A stretch of DNA of 64,000 nucleotides, taken from contig NC_052158.1 in assembly GCF_902713615.1 (NCBI RefSeq), positions 32,467,990-32,531,989 on the forward strand, in the 5' to 3' direction. The stretch's first letter is position 1. The number at the start of each line of letters is the position of its first letter. The position numbers and the translations under genes are program-made. Under the pieces are notes generated by a model. It saw only the letters and a program-made list of their open reading frames with translations. It was not told the DNA's origin and made no database searches. This DNA is from Scyliorhinus canicula. Its lineage: Eukaryota. Shown here in pieces: positions 48,028 to 60,285 of the stretch.

Positions 48028-50930
48028 CTACACTATGCCCTTATCATCCATATGCTTATCCAATAAACTTTTAAATGCCCTCAATGTTGGCGAGTTCACT
48101 ACTGTTGCAGGTAGGGCATTCCACGGCCTCACCACTCTTTGCGTAAAAAACCCACCTCTGACCTCTGTCCTATATCTATTACCCTTCAATTTAAGGCTAT
48201 GTCCCCTCGTGATAGCCACCTCCATCCGCGGGAGAAGGCTCTCGCTGTCCACCGTATCTAACCCTCTGATCATTTTGTATGCCTCTATTAGGTCACCTCT
48301 TAACCTTCTTCTCTCTAACGAAAACAACCTCAAGTCCATCAGCCTTTCCTCATAAGATTTTCCCTCCATACCAGGCAACATCCTGGTAAATCTCCTCTGC
48401 ACCCGTTCCAAAGCTTCTACGTCCTTCCTATAATGGGGCGACCAGAACTGTACGCAATACTCCAAATGCGGCCGTACTAGAGTTTTGTACAACTGCAACA
48501 TGACCTCATGGTTCCGGAACTCAATCCCTCTACCAATAAAGGCCATCACACCATAGGCCTTCTTCACAACCCTATCAACCTGTGTGGCAACTTTCAGGGA
48601 TCTATGTACATGGACACCGAGATCCCTCTGCTCATCCACACTACCAAGAATTTTACCATTAGCCAAATATTCCGCATTCCTGTTATTCTTTCCAAAGTGA
48701 ATCACCTCACACTTCTCCACATTAAACTCCATTTGCCACCTCTCAGCCCAGCTCTGCAGCTTATCTATGTCCCTCTGTAACCTGCAACATCCTTCCGCAC
48801 TGTCTACAACTCCACCGACTTTAGTGTCGTCTGCAAATTTACTTACCCATCCTTCTGCTCCCTCCTCTAGGTCATTTATAAAAATGACAAACAGCAACGG
48901 CCCCAGAACAGATCCTTGTGGTACGCCACTCGTAACTGAACTCCATTCTGAACATTTCCCATCAACCACCACTCTCTGTCTTCTTTCAACTAGCCAATTT
49001 CCGATCCACATCTCTAAATCACCCTCAATCCCCAGCCTCCGTATTTTCTGCAATAGCCGACCGTGGGGAACCTTATCAAACGCTTTACTGAAATCCATAT
49101 ACACCACATCAACTGCTTTACCCTCGTCCACCTGTTCAGTCACCTTCTCAAAGAACTCGATAAGGTTTGTGAGGCATGACCTACCCTTCACAAAACCATG
49201 CTGACTATCCCTAATCATATTATTCCTATCTAGATGATTATAAATCGTATCTTTTATAATCCTCTCCAAGACTTTACCCACCACAGATGTTAGGCTCACC
49301 GGCCTATAGTTACCGGGGTTATCTCTACTCCCCTTCTTGAACAAAGGGACCACATTTGCTATCCTCCAGTCCTCTGGCACTATTCCTGTAGCCAATGATG
49401 ACCTAAAAATCAAAGCCAAAGGCTCAGCAATCTCTTCCCTGGCTTCCCAGAGAATCCTAGGATAAATCCCATCAGGCCCCGGGGACTTATCTATTTTCAC
49501 CTTGTCCAGAATTGCCAACACTTCTTCCCTACTCACCTCAATGCCATCTATTCTAATAGCCTGGGTCTCAGCATTCTCCTCCACAATATTATCTTTTTCC
49601 TGAGTGAATACTGACAAAAAGTATTCATTTAGTATCTCGCTTATCTCCTCAGCCTCCACACACAACTTTCCACCACTGTCCTTGACTGGCCCTACTCTTA
49701 CCCTAGTCATTCTTTTATTCCTGACATACCTATAGAAAGCTTTTGGGTTTTCCTTGATCCTACCTGCCAAAGTCTTCTCATGTCCCCTCCTTGCTCGTCT
49801 TAGCTCTCTCTTTAGATCCTTCCTCGCTTCCCTGTAACTATCAAGCGCCCCAACTGAAACTTCACGCCTCATCTTCACATAGGCCTCCTTTTTCCTCTTA
49901 ACAAGAGATTCCACTTCTTTGGTAAACCACGGTTCCCTCGCTCTACCCTTTCCTCCCTGTCTGACTGGTACGTACTGATCAAGAACACGCAATAGCTTTT
50001 CCTTGAACAAGCTCCACATATCCAGTGTGCCCAACCCTTGCAGCCTACTTCTCCAACCTACACATCCTAAGTCATGTCTAATGGCATCATAATTGCCCTT
50101 CCCCCAGCTATAACTCTTGCCCTGCGGGGTATACTTATCCCTTTCCATCACTAATGTAAAGGTCACCGAATTGTGGTCACTGTCTCCAAAGTGTTCACTT
50201 ACCTCCAGATCTAACACCTGGCCTGGTTCATTACCCAAAACCAAATCCAAAGTGGCCTCACCTCTTGTTGGCCTGTCAACATATTGTGTCAGAAAACCCT
50301 CCTGCACACATTGTACAAAGAACGACCCATCCAATGTACTCGAACTATATCTTTTCCAGTCAATATTAGGAAAGTTAAAGTCTCCCATAACAACTACCCT
50401 GTTACTTTCGCTCTTTTCCAGAATCATCTTCGCCATCCTTTCCTCTACATCTCTAGAACTATTAGGTGGCCTATAGAAAACTCCCAGCAGGGTGACCTCT
50501 CCTTTCCTGTTTCTAACCTCAGCCCATACTACCTCGGAAGAAGAGTCCCCATCTTGCACCCTTTCTGCCACCGTAATACTGTCCTTGACTAGCAACGCCA
50601 CACCTCCCCCTCTTTTGCCCCCTTCTCTGACTTTACTAAAGCACCTAAACCCCGGAACCTGCACAACCATTCCTGTCCCTGCTCTATCCATGTCTCTGAA
50701 ATGGCCACAACATCGAAGTCCCAGGTACCAACCCATGCTGCCAGTTCCCCTACCTTATTTCGTATACTCCTGGCATTGAAATAGACACACTTCAAACCAC
50801 CTACCTGAACACTGCCGCTTTCCTGCGAAGTCAAATCTGTGCTCCTGACCTCTCTACTCTCAATCTCTCGCACCCCAAAACTACAATCCAGGTTCCCATG
50901 CCCCTGCTGAATTAGTTTAAACCCCCCCAA
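48028..50930 (-). pseudogene. CR1 ORF2 (AP endonuclease plus RT), open except one 1-nt frameshift near 50664
   Basis: YFNARSIRNK/ISETW, YRPPNS, GDFNFP, LDLVL, SDHN; KSPGPDG, NYRPVSLTS, DFSKAFDKVPH, GVPQGSVLGP, KFADDTK; 902-aa open stretch. Confidence 0.95.
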
Positions 50931-51871
50931 AGAGTACTAACAAATCTCCCCCCCAGGATATTGGTGCCCCTTAGGTTCAGATGTAGACCATCCTGTCTAT
51001 AGAGGTCCCACCTTCCCCAGAAAGAGCCCCAGTTATCCAGAAATCTGAATCCCTCCCGCCTGCACCATCCCTGTAGCCACGTGTTTAATTGCTCTCTCTC
51101 CCTATTCCTCGTCTCACTATCACGTGGCACGGGCAACAACCCAGAGATAACAACTCTGTTTGTTCTCGCTCTGAGCTTTCATCCTAGCTCCCTAAAGGCC
51201 TGCCTGACATCCTTGTCCCCTTTCCTACCTATGTCGTTAGTGCCAATGTGGACTACGACTTGGGGCTGCTCCCCCTCCCCCTTAAGGACCCGAAAAACAC
51301 GATCCGAGCCATCACTTACCCTTGCACCTGGGAGGCAACATACCAAACGTGAGTCTCTCTCGCTCCCACAAAATCTCCTATCTGTGCCCCTGACTATTGA
51401 GTCCCCAATTACTAATGCTCTGCTCCTCTCCCCCCTTCCCTTCTGAGCAACAGGGATAGACTCCGTGCTAGAGTTCCGCACCCCATGGCTTACCCCTGGT
51501 AAGTCGTCCCCCCCACAAGTATCCAGAACGGTATACTTGTTACTCAGGGGAACGACCGCAGGGGGTCCCTGCACTGTCTGCTTCTTCCCAGTCCCTCTTA
51601 CAGTTACCCATCTATCTCCAGTCTTTGGTGTAACTACTTCCCTGAAGCTCTTATCTATGACCACCTCTGCCTCCCGAATGATCCGAAGTTCATCCAACTC
51701 CAGCTCCAGTACCATAACTCGGTCTTGTAGGAGCTGGAGCTGGCTGCACTTCCTGCAGGTAAAATCAGCAGGGACACTAACAGCATCCCTCACCTCAAAC
51801 ATCCTGCAGGAGGAACATTGCACTACCTTCCCTGCCATCCCACTTAATTTCAACCAAGTTCTGGTAAACAA
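50912..51871 (-). pseudogene. CR1 ORF1: CxxC..CxxC finger, coiled coil, SGNH/GDSL esterase domain; one in-frame TGA (51179-51181)
   Basis: CSSC..CRKC; VIGDSIV, LPGA, HIGTND, DGLHLN; reading through TGA gives FRELG*KLRARTNRVVISGLLPVP. Confidence 0.92.
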
Positions 51872-52123
51872 ATATAAAACAAATAAAAAAAATAATAATA
51901 TAATATAGCACTTACCTGCTCACCCCAATGGGTCTTATTATTAGGTTAGAGGAGGAGGGCGGGTGGGAGACACTACACGTGTAGTGTCTCGGGTATCCTC
52001 TCCACCACAATTTATTGGCTAGGAGAAAATCCTTCCCAGAAGTCCGCGGGTCGTACTTCCGGTTCCCGCCTTATATTATCTTTGCTCCCACTGGCACCCC
52101 GCCGCTCTCAATGTGTCCCCTCC

Positions 52124-52937
52124 CGCTCTTTTCAATGTCCCGGCTGTCTTACCTCTCGCGCTCTTTTCAATGTCCTGGCTGTCTCTCCTCCCGCGCTGTT
52201 TTCAATGTCCCGGCTGTCTTACCTCTCGCGCTCTTTTCAATGTCCCGGCTGTCTCTCCTCTCGCGCTGTTTTGAATGTCCCGGCTGTCTTGCCTCTCGCG
52301 CTCTTTTCAATGTCCCGACTGTCTCTCCTCTCGCGCTGTTTTGAATGTCCCGGCTGTCTTACCTCTCGCGCTCTTTTCAATGTCCCGGCTGTCTTACCTC
52401 TCGCGCTCTTTTCAATGTCCTGGCTGTCTTACCTCCCGCGCTGTTTTCAATGTCCCGGCTGTCTTACCTCTCGCGCTCTTTTCAATGTCCCGGCTGTCTC
52501 TCCTCTCGCGCTGTTTTCAATGTCCTGGCTGTCTCTCCTCTCGCGCTCCTTTCAATGTCCTGGCTGTCTCTCCTCTCGCGCTGTTTTGAATGTCCCGGCT
52601 GTCTTACCTCTCGCGCTCTTTTCAATGTCCTGGCTGTCTCTCCTCTCGCGCTGTTTTGAATGTCCCGGCTGTCTTGCCTCTCGCGCTCTTTTCAATGTCC
52701 CGACTGTCTCTCCTCTCGCGCTGTTTTGAATGTCCCGGCTGTCTTACCTCTCGCGCTCTTTTCAATGTCCCGGCTGTCTTACCTCTCGCGCTCTTTTCAA
52801 TGTCCTGGCTGTCTTACCTCCCGCGCTGTTTTCAATGTCCCGGCTGTCTTACCTCTCGCGCTCTTTTCAATGTCCCGGCTGTCTCTCCTCTCGCGCTCTT
52901 TTCAATGTCCTCTCGCGCTGTTTTCAATGTCCATTCA
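52124..52937 (-). repeat. 35-bp tandem array (~23 units) at the CR1 5' end; minus-strand unit GAGCGCGAGAGGTAAGACAGCCGGGACATTGAAAA
   Basis: Lies inside the boundaries of the CR1 insertion. Confidence 0.92.
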
Positions 52938-55345
52938 ATGAGTATGGGGAAAAGGCAAGCCGGTTGCTGGCGCATCAGCTTCGGAAGCGGGATGCAGTTT
53001 GGGAGATTGTGGGAGTTAAGGACAGGAGGGGGAGTGTGGCGCGAAGTGGGGTTGACATCAATGGGGTCTTCAGGGACTTTTATGAGGAACTGTATTGGTC
53101 CGTGCCCACACTGGAGGAAGGAGGAATGGGTCGCTTTCTGGACCAACTGAGGTTCCCGAAGGTGGAGGAAGGACTGGTGGTGGGTTTGGGGGCTCCGATT
53201 GGGCTGGAGGAGCTGACCAAAAGGATAGGGAGCATGCAGGGGGGGAAGGCACCGGGGCCGGATGGTTTCCCGGCCGAATTTTACAGAAAGTATGTGGATT
53301 TGCTGGGCCCGTTGTTGGTTAGGACCTTCAATGAGGCAAGGGAGGGTGGGGCTTTGCCCCCGACGATGTCCAGGGCACTTATTTCCTTGATCCTGAAGCG
53401 GGACAAGGACCCCCTGCAGTGTGGGTCTTACAGGCCGATTTCGCTGTTAAATGTGGATGCTAAGATGCTGGCGAAGGTCTTAGCCTCGAGAATTGAGGAT
53501 TGTGTACCGCAGGTCATTCACCAAGACCAGACGGGGTTCGTGAAGGGGAGGCAATTGAATGCGAATGTGCGGAGGCTCCTAAACGACATTATGATGCCGG
53601 CAAGTGAGGGGGAGGCGGAGATAGTGGCGGCGATGGATGCTGAGAAGGTCTTTGATCGGGTAGAGTGGGGGTACTTGTGGGAGGTGGAGGTTCGGGTTTG
53701 GGGAGGGGTTCATCAGGTGGGTCAGATTGTTGTATGAGGCCCCGGTGGCGAGTGTAGCCACAAGCAAGAGGAGGTCTGAGTACTTTCGGCTGTATCGAGG
53801 GACAAGGCAGTGGTCCCCCCTGTCCTCCCTGCTCTTCGCACTGGCGATTGGACCCCTGGCTATGGCACTGAGGGAGTCGAGGAACTAGAGGGGGCTGGTG
53901 CGGGGTGGTGAGGAGCATAGGGTATCGCTCTATGCGGACGACCTGCTACTTTATGTCGCGGACCTGGTGGGGGGGGGGGGATGCCGGAGGTAATGAGGAT
54001 CCTCAGGGAGTTCGGGGAATTTTCAGGGTATAAGCTCAACATGTGGAAGAGCGAGCTGTTCATGGTTCACCCAGGAGACCAGGAGAGGGGGATTGGTGAG
54101 CTCCCACTAAAAAGGGCGGAGAGGAGCTTTAGATATTTGGGGGTCGAGGTAACCAGGAGCTGGGGGCCCCTGCATAGATTTAATTTCACAAGGCTGGTGG
54201 AGCAGATGGAGGAGGAGTTCAAGAGGTGGGATGCGTTACCACTGTCCTTGGCGGGTAGGGTGTAGTCAGTGAAGATGATGGTGAGACGGTGCTCCCGAGG
54301 TTTTTGTTTCTGTTCCTGTGCCACCCCATTTTTATCCTGAAGGCCTTTTTTTAACGGGTCAATGGGAGCATAACAGGGTTTGTATGGGCATGTGGTGCTC
54401 TGATGGTGAGACGAGTTTCCTGGAGCGGAGCAGGGATGGGGGTGGGGGGGGGGGGGGGAGTGGGGGCTGGCGCTGCCTAATCTCTGTGGATACTACTGGG
54501 CCGCTAATGTGGCGATGGTGCGCAAGTGGGTGCTGGAGGGGGCGGCATGGAAGAGGCTGGAAACGGCGTCTTGTGAGGGAACGAGTTTGGAGGCGCTGGC
54601 AATGGTGCCGCTGCCGCTCCCTCCAATGAGGTATACCACGAGCCCGGTGGTGGCGGCTACCCTCAAAATTTGGGGGCAGTGGAGGCGGCACAGGAGGGAG
54701 TTGGGGGCCTCGGTGTGGACCCCGATACAGGGAAACCATTGGATTGTCCCAGGGAGGATAGATGGAGGGTTTGCGGGGTGGCACAGGGCAGGGTTAAGGA
54801 GGTTGGGGGACCTATTCGTGGATGGGAAGTTCGCAAGCCTGGGTGAGCTGGAGGAGAGGTATGGGCTTCACCCCGGGAAACGCCTTTAGGTACCTACAGG
54901 TAAGGGCGTTTGTTAGGCGGCAAGTGGTGGGATTTCCGCTGCTGCCGCCACGCACGGTACAGGATAGGGTGCTCTGGGGGGTGTGGGTTGGAGAGGGGAA
55001 GATTTTGGCAATATACCAGGTGATGCAGGAGGAGGAGGAGGCCTCGGTGGAGGAGCTGAAAGGTAAGTGGGAGGAGGAGCTAGGGGAGGTGATTGAGCAG
55101 GGAACTTGGGAAGATGGCTTAGGGAGAGTCAACTCTTCCTCTTCATGTGCGAGGCTCAGCCTCATACAGTTCAAGGTGATGCATAGGGCACATATGACCA
55201 GGACAAGGATGAGCTGGTTTTTTGGGGGTGAGGACAGGTGTGTTAGGTGCTCGGGGAGCCCAGCAAACCACACCCATATGTTCTGGGTTGCAGAGGAGCT
55301 GGGAGTGCAGGAGGCGAAAGAGGCCGGTACTCTGGCCTTTGCGTC

Positions 55346-58300
55346 TGATGTACCGTCAATTGGACTCGAATCGTGAAGAAGTTCCATATATCAGGCTTTA
55401 ATCAACTAGTTGTGTGCCCGACAATCGACTTACAGAGAAAGGCCGACTGCCGGGTCCTACGGGTTCTTATACCCCGCCTCATAGGCGGGACTACTTGCCT
55501 CTCGGCCAATGGGTGAGCAGTCACATGACCAGCCTCAACCAATCAGCAGAGAGGCACATGACCGACCTGAGGCAATGGGCAGCGGGTGCTCTGCACCAAT
55601 GGCAGATAGGTACCGTAAACCGCCTAGTTATACCACCACGTTCACCCCTTGTGGAGAAAGAAGCCGGGAGAGGTGGGGGGGCAGGAGTAAGAGGGTGGGG
55701 GGGCGTTGATTGACTGGTGGTATGACTAGAGAGAATGAGGTGTACCGAGGTAAATGGCGGCTGCCCACTGGCTCGCGACGACTGTGCAGATACAAGAACA
55801 GCAATGAACAATACATAATTAGAAAACAAATCCAAAAACATGTGCAACTTGTACATTGGAATTCTGAATGACACAAGGAGTCCGATAAAAGTCCAGTGGA
55901 ACATCAGATTGACGCAATCAGTCTGTCGGGCGCCCTCGATGTTCTGCTGTACCGTCGCAGCGGTGCAGGTGACGTCGGGCCGGTGGCCGTCCTTGACTCC
56001 GTGAGCGGCCGTCGTGATCCTGTGTCCGTACCCCTGGTCGGTGCTCGCGAAGCTCTGGCCGGGGGGAGGGGGTTCCTGTGCGCTGGGTTGTGGGGACGCC
56101 GGGGGGGGGGGGGGGAACTGGGCGGAGGGTGTTGATGTGGGGGGTTGGGACCGTACGCCGGCGGGTGCCAGATCTCGAAGGGAGACAGTGTCCTGCCGAC
56201 CGTCGGGATACTCCACGTACGCGTACTGCGGGTTGGCGTGGAGTAACTGGACTCGTTCCACCAATGGGTTGGACTTGTGCACCCGCACATGCTTCCGGAG
56301 CAAGATGGGCCCGGGTGTGGTCAGCCAAGTCGGGAGTGGGGATCCTGCGGACGACTTCCTAGGGGAAAAAAGAAGACGTTTGTGAGGTTTTTGGTTTGTG
56401 GTAGTGCAGAGGAGAGACCGAATTGCATGGAGGGCGTCGGGATGACTTCTTGCCAGTGGGAGATAGGGAGATCTCTGGACCGTAGGGCCAGTAGGACGAT
56501 CTTCCATTCTCCCGCTCGACCTGCCCGTTACCCCAAGGGTTATAACTGGTCGTCCTGCTAGAGGCATTGCACCTGCTGAGCAGGAATTGATGCAGCTCGT
56601 TGCTCATAAAGGAGGTCCCCCGGTTGCTGTGGATGTACGCGGGGTAACCAAACAGGGAGAAAATGGAGAGGAGGGCCTTGATGACGGTTGTCGTGGTCAT
56701 GTCGGGGCAGGGGATGGCGAAAGGGGAGCGGGAGTACTCGTCAATCACACTTAAGAAGTAGGTATTGTGGTTGTTGGAGGGGAGGGGACCCTTGGAGTCC
56801 ATACTAAGACGTTCAAAAGGGCAGGATGCCTTTAACATATGCGCTTACTCGGGGCGGTAAAAGTGCGGTTTGCACTCTGCGCAAATGTGGCAATCCCTGG
56901 TCATGGTCCTGACCTCAATGGAGTAGGGCAGGTTGCGGGTCTTGATGAAGTGATAGAAGCGGGCTACCCCTGGATGGCAGAGGTCCGCATGGAGGGTGCG
57001 GAGGCGGTCAACCTGCGTTCTGGCGCAGGTACCGCGGGACAGGGCATCAGGAGGCTCGTTGAGCTTCCCAGTACGATAGAAGATATCATAGTTGTACGTG
57101 GACAACTCGATCCGCCACCGCAAGATCTTGTCGTTCTTGATCTTGCCCCTCTGTGCATTGTCAAACATTTTTTTTGGAAATGTTTTTTATTGAGTTTTCA
57201 TATTTTATATCCAACAAATTACAAATTATTAGAAAAAAAACACGCAAAAATTAACATGTATATTTACAGGCAAGCATCTTCATAATAACAACTGTGGCCA
57301 CCCCCTTTAACCGGCATACATATTTTACGTTCCCCAATATGGCCGAGGCAAATGTTTATAGGCATTGCATTGTCAAACATGACGGCCACAGACCGCTGGT
57401 CTGTGAGGAGGGTGAACCTCCTGCCGGCCAGATAGTGCCTCCAGTATCGCACAGCTTCAACTACGGCCTGTGCCTCCTTTTCCACCGAGGAATGGCGGAG
57501 TTCAGAAGCGTGGAGGGCCCGGGAGAAGAAGGCCACGGGTCTGCCCGCTTGGTTGAGGGTGGCCGCCAGAGCTACGTCAGACGCGTCGCTCTCGACCTGG
57601 AATGGGAGGGACGCATCGTGGCCTTTGCGATATCCGCTTTGATTCGGCTAAAGGCCTGGCGGGCCTCCATCGACAGTGGAAAAGTGTTGGATTGGATGAG
57701 GGGGCGGGCTTTGTCGGCGTAGTTCGGGACCCACTGGGCCTAATAAGAGAAGAAGCCCAGACAGCGTTTAAGGGATTTGAGGGAGTTGGGGAGAGGGAGT
57801 TCCATCAGGGGGCGCATGCGTTCGGGATCGGGGCCTATCACTCCGTTACGCACTACGTAGCCGAGGATGGCTAGACGGTCCGTGCAAAACACGTACTTAT
57901 CCTTATATGTGAGGTTAAGGAGTTTTGCGGTATGGAGGAATTCTTGGAGGTTGATGTCATGGTCCTGCTGGTCATGGCCGCAGATGGTGACGTTATCAAG
58001 ATACGTAAGCCCATAAACCGTATTGGTCAACCATTCGGTCCGTCTCCCATTGGAAGACCGAGACCCCATTTGTGACACTGAATGGAACTCTTAGAAAGTG
58101 ATAGAGGCGCCCATCTGCCTCGAACGGGGTGTACTTGCGGTCACCCGCACGGTTGGGAAGCTGGTGATAGGCGGACTTAAGGTCCACCGTGGAGAAGACT
58201 TTGTACTTTGCGATCCTGTTAACCAGGTCGCAAATACGTGGGCGAGGGTACGCGTCCAGCTGCGTAAACATGTTGATGGTCTGACTGTAGTCAATGACTA

Positions 58301-60285
58301 TTCGGTTTTTCTCCCCAGTCTGAACTACCAGCACTTGTGCCCGCCAGGGCCTGTTTCTGGCCTCGATGACTCCTTCCTTTAGTAGCCTCTGGATCTCGGG
58401 CCTCATGAAGGTCCAGTCCTGGGCACTGTATCGTCTGCTCCTAGTGGCGATGGGTTTGCAATCTGGGGTGAGGTTCGCAAACAAGGAAGGGGGGTCCACT
58501 TTGAGGGACGCAGACAGTAAGGGGTGGAATTCGGCCGCCGAATAGGGCTGCAGGTTGCACTGAAAATGCAGTCTAAGAGTGCCGGTGCGCAGAGACGGGG
58601 GAGGACGAGCAGTTTGTAATTTTTAAAAACCCTGTCCTGGACCGTGAGGTCTGCTACGCAGCACCCGGTGATGTGGACGGAGTGCGAACCTGAGGCTAGA
58701 GCTATCTTATGCTTAACCGGGTGAACGGGGAGCACGCAGCATCTTACTGTATTGGGGTGGACAAAACTCTCTGTGGTCCCAGAGTCTAGTAGGCAGCTCG
58801 TTTCGTGTCCATTGAGAAGGATCTGTGTCATCGCCGTGGAGAGCGTGTGTGGTCGTGACTGGTCGAGAGTCACTGCAGTGAGTCATGGCAGGAGGTCTGG
58901 GTCGTCTTCGCTTGCGGAGTAGTCGCTGGTGGGGTCCTCTGTATTGGTCCAAAATGGCAGTGCCCATTGGCCGCACGTGGAGTCAGTGCCCCAAGATGGC
59001 GGCGCCCGGGACCCACACGTGGCGTCCGGGACCCAAAATGGCGGAGCCCGTGGGTCACTCATGGTGGCTAGAGGCGGGGCAAAGAGGTCCATGGGTCGCT
59101 CGTGGTGGCCGGGAGCGGGGGCAGGGAGGCCTGTGTGCCACGCGGGGCCCTGGAGGAGCGCGGTGGGTGCGATCCGTGGTTGCTGCATGGAACAGCAGTG
59201 ACCGACTTTGATTGACAGGCCACTGAATAGTGACCTTTCTTAGCACAGCTCTTACATACTGCGGAGTGGGCCGGACAGCGTGGGCGGGGTGTGTGGCCAG
59301 GCCACAGAGGTAAGTGGGGCCCCGTGAGCTTATCGAGGCCCCCCGCAGCGCAGGCCTGGGGCTGGGGGTCAGAGTCGGCAGGGAACAGGGGGGGTTGTGT
59401 GCCACGTTGCCTTAGGGGTTGCCGCGCAGCCGGGGGCCTATGTGCGGGCGTTTCGGTCGGCAACCTCCAAAGAGGATGCGAGGGTCCATGCCTCAGCGAG
59501 GCTTAAAGTGTCCTTTTCTAATAGTCGCTGGCATATTGCAGAAGGTTGCAAGCCTGCAACGAAGGCATCCCGAATTAACAGTTCCGTATGTTCTGCCGCA
59601 GTAACTTGCGGGAAGCACAGTTTCTCCCCAAGACAACGAGGGCCCGATAAAATTCATCAAGGGACTCACCGGGGAACTGCTGCCTTGTAGCTAGAAGATG
59701 CCGTGCGTAGACATGGTGAACAGGCCTGAGAAAATGTCCTTTCAGAAGGTCCATGGCCGCGTCATAGTCTTCTTCATCCTGAATCATCGATTAGACGGCG
59801 GTGCCCACGCACGAGTGGAGGATGTGGAGTTTCTGCTCCTTGGTGGGTTGGCTGCCTGCGGTGGAGAGGTAGCTGTTGAAGCACGCCAGCCAATGTTTAA
59901 AAGTTGCTGACGCGTTTGTAGCATGCGGGCTGATGCGGAGGCAGTCTGGTTTGATCCGAAGCTCCATTTCAAAATTCTAGTTGATTAAATTGATGTACCA
60001 TTAATTGGACTCGAGTCGTGAAGAAGTTCCATATATCAGGCTTTAATCAACTAGTTGTGTGCCCGACAGTCGACTTACAGAGAAAGGCCGACTGCCGGGT
60101 CCTACGGGTTCTTACACCCTGCCTCGAAGGTGGGACTACTTGCCTCTCAGCCAATGGGTGAGCAGTCACATGACTAGCCTCAACCAATCAGCAGAGAGGC
60201 ACATGACCGACCTGAGCCAATGGGCAGCGTGTGCTCTGCACCAATGGCAGATAGGTACCATAAACCTCCTAGTTATACCACCACA
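55346..60285 (-). mobile_element. Gypsy (Mag-like) LTR retrotransposon, 4.94 kb, gag-PR-RT-RH-IN, frameshifted
   Basis: 295-bp LTRs (55346-55640, 59991-60285; ~16 differences by manual count); 5-bp TSD GCGTC; PPT AAGGGGTGAA; gag ATG 59967, CX2CX4HX4C knuckle, LLDSGT protease, YLDNV (RT, normally YLDD), SVEKEA RNase H, DSKGP/YNPWGNGQVER integrase. Confidence 0.96.
57169..57365 (-). mobile_element. 197-bp 5'-truncated retroposed insert (LINE 3'-end-like) inside the Gypsy pol
   Basis: 15-bp TSD TGCATTGTCAAACAT (57154-57168, 57366-57380); AATAAA and poly(A) on the minus strand. Confidence 0.88.

Larger units (their letters stand above)
47933..52937 (-). mobile_element. Full-length CR1 LINE including a tandem-repeat 5' region, inserted in L1 ORF2
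   Basis: (TTCTATG)n tail at 47933; ORF2, ORF1 and 5' region; ATGA duplicated at 47929-47932 and 52938-52941, where the L1 sequence rejoins. Confidence 0.93.

Noticed and set aside
48035-50779. Plus-strand ORFs of 90-145 aa over the CR1 (and similar ones over the L1s and Gypsy)
   Set aside because: Antisense shadows of retroelement ORFs, with no independent motifs.
52015-53737. Repetitive ORFs (MSRLSYLSRSFQCPGCL..) fused to an RT-like sequence in the 335-aa ORF
   Set aside because: Chance in-frame junction between the CR1 5' array and the resumed L1 ORF2.
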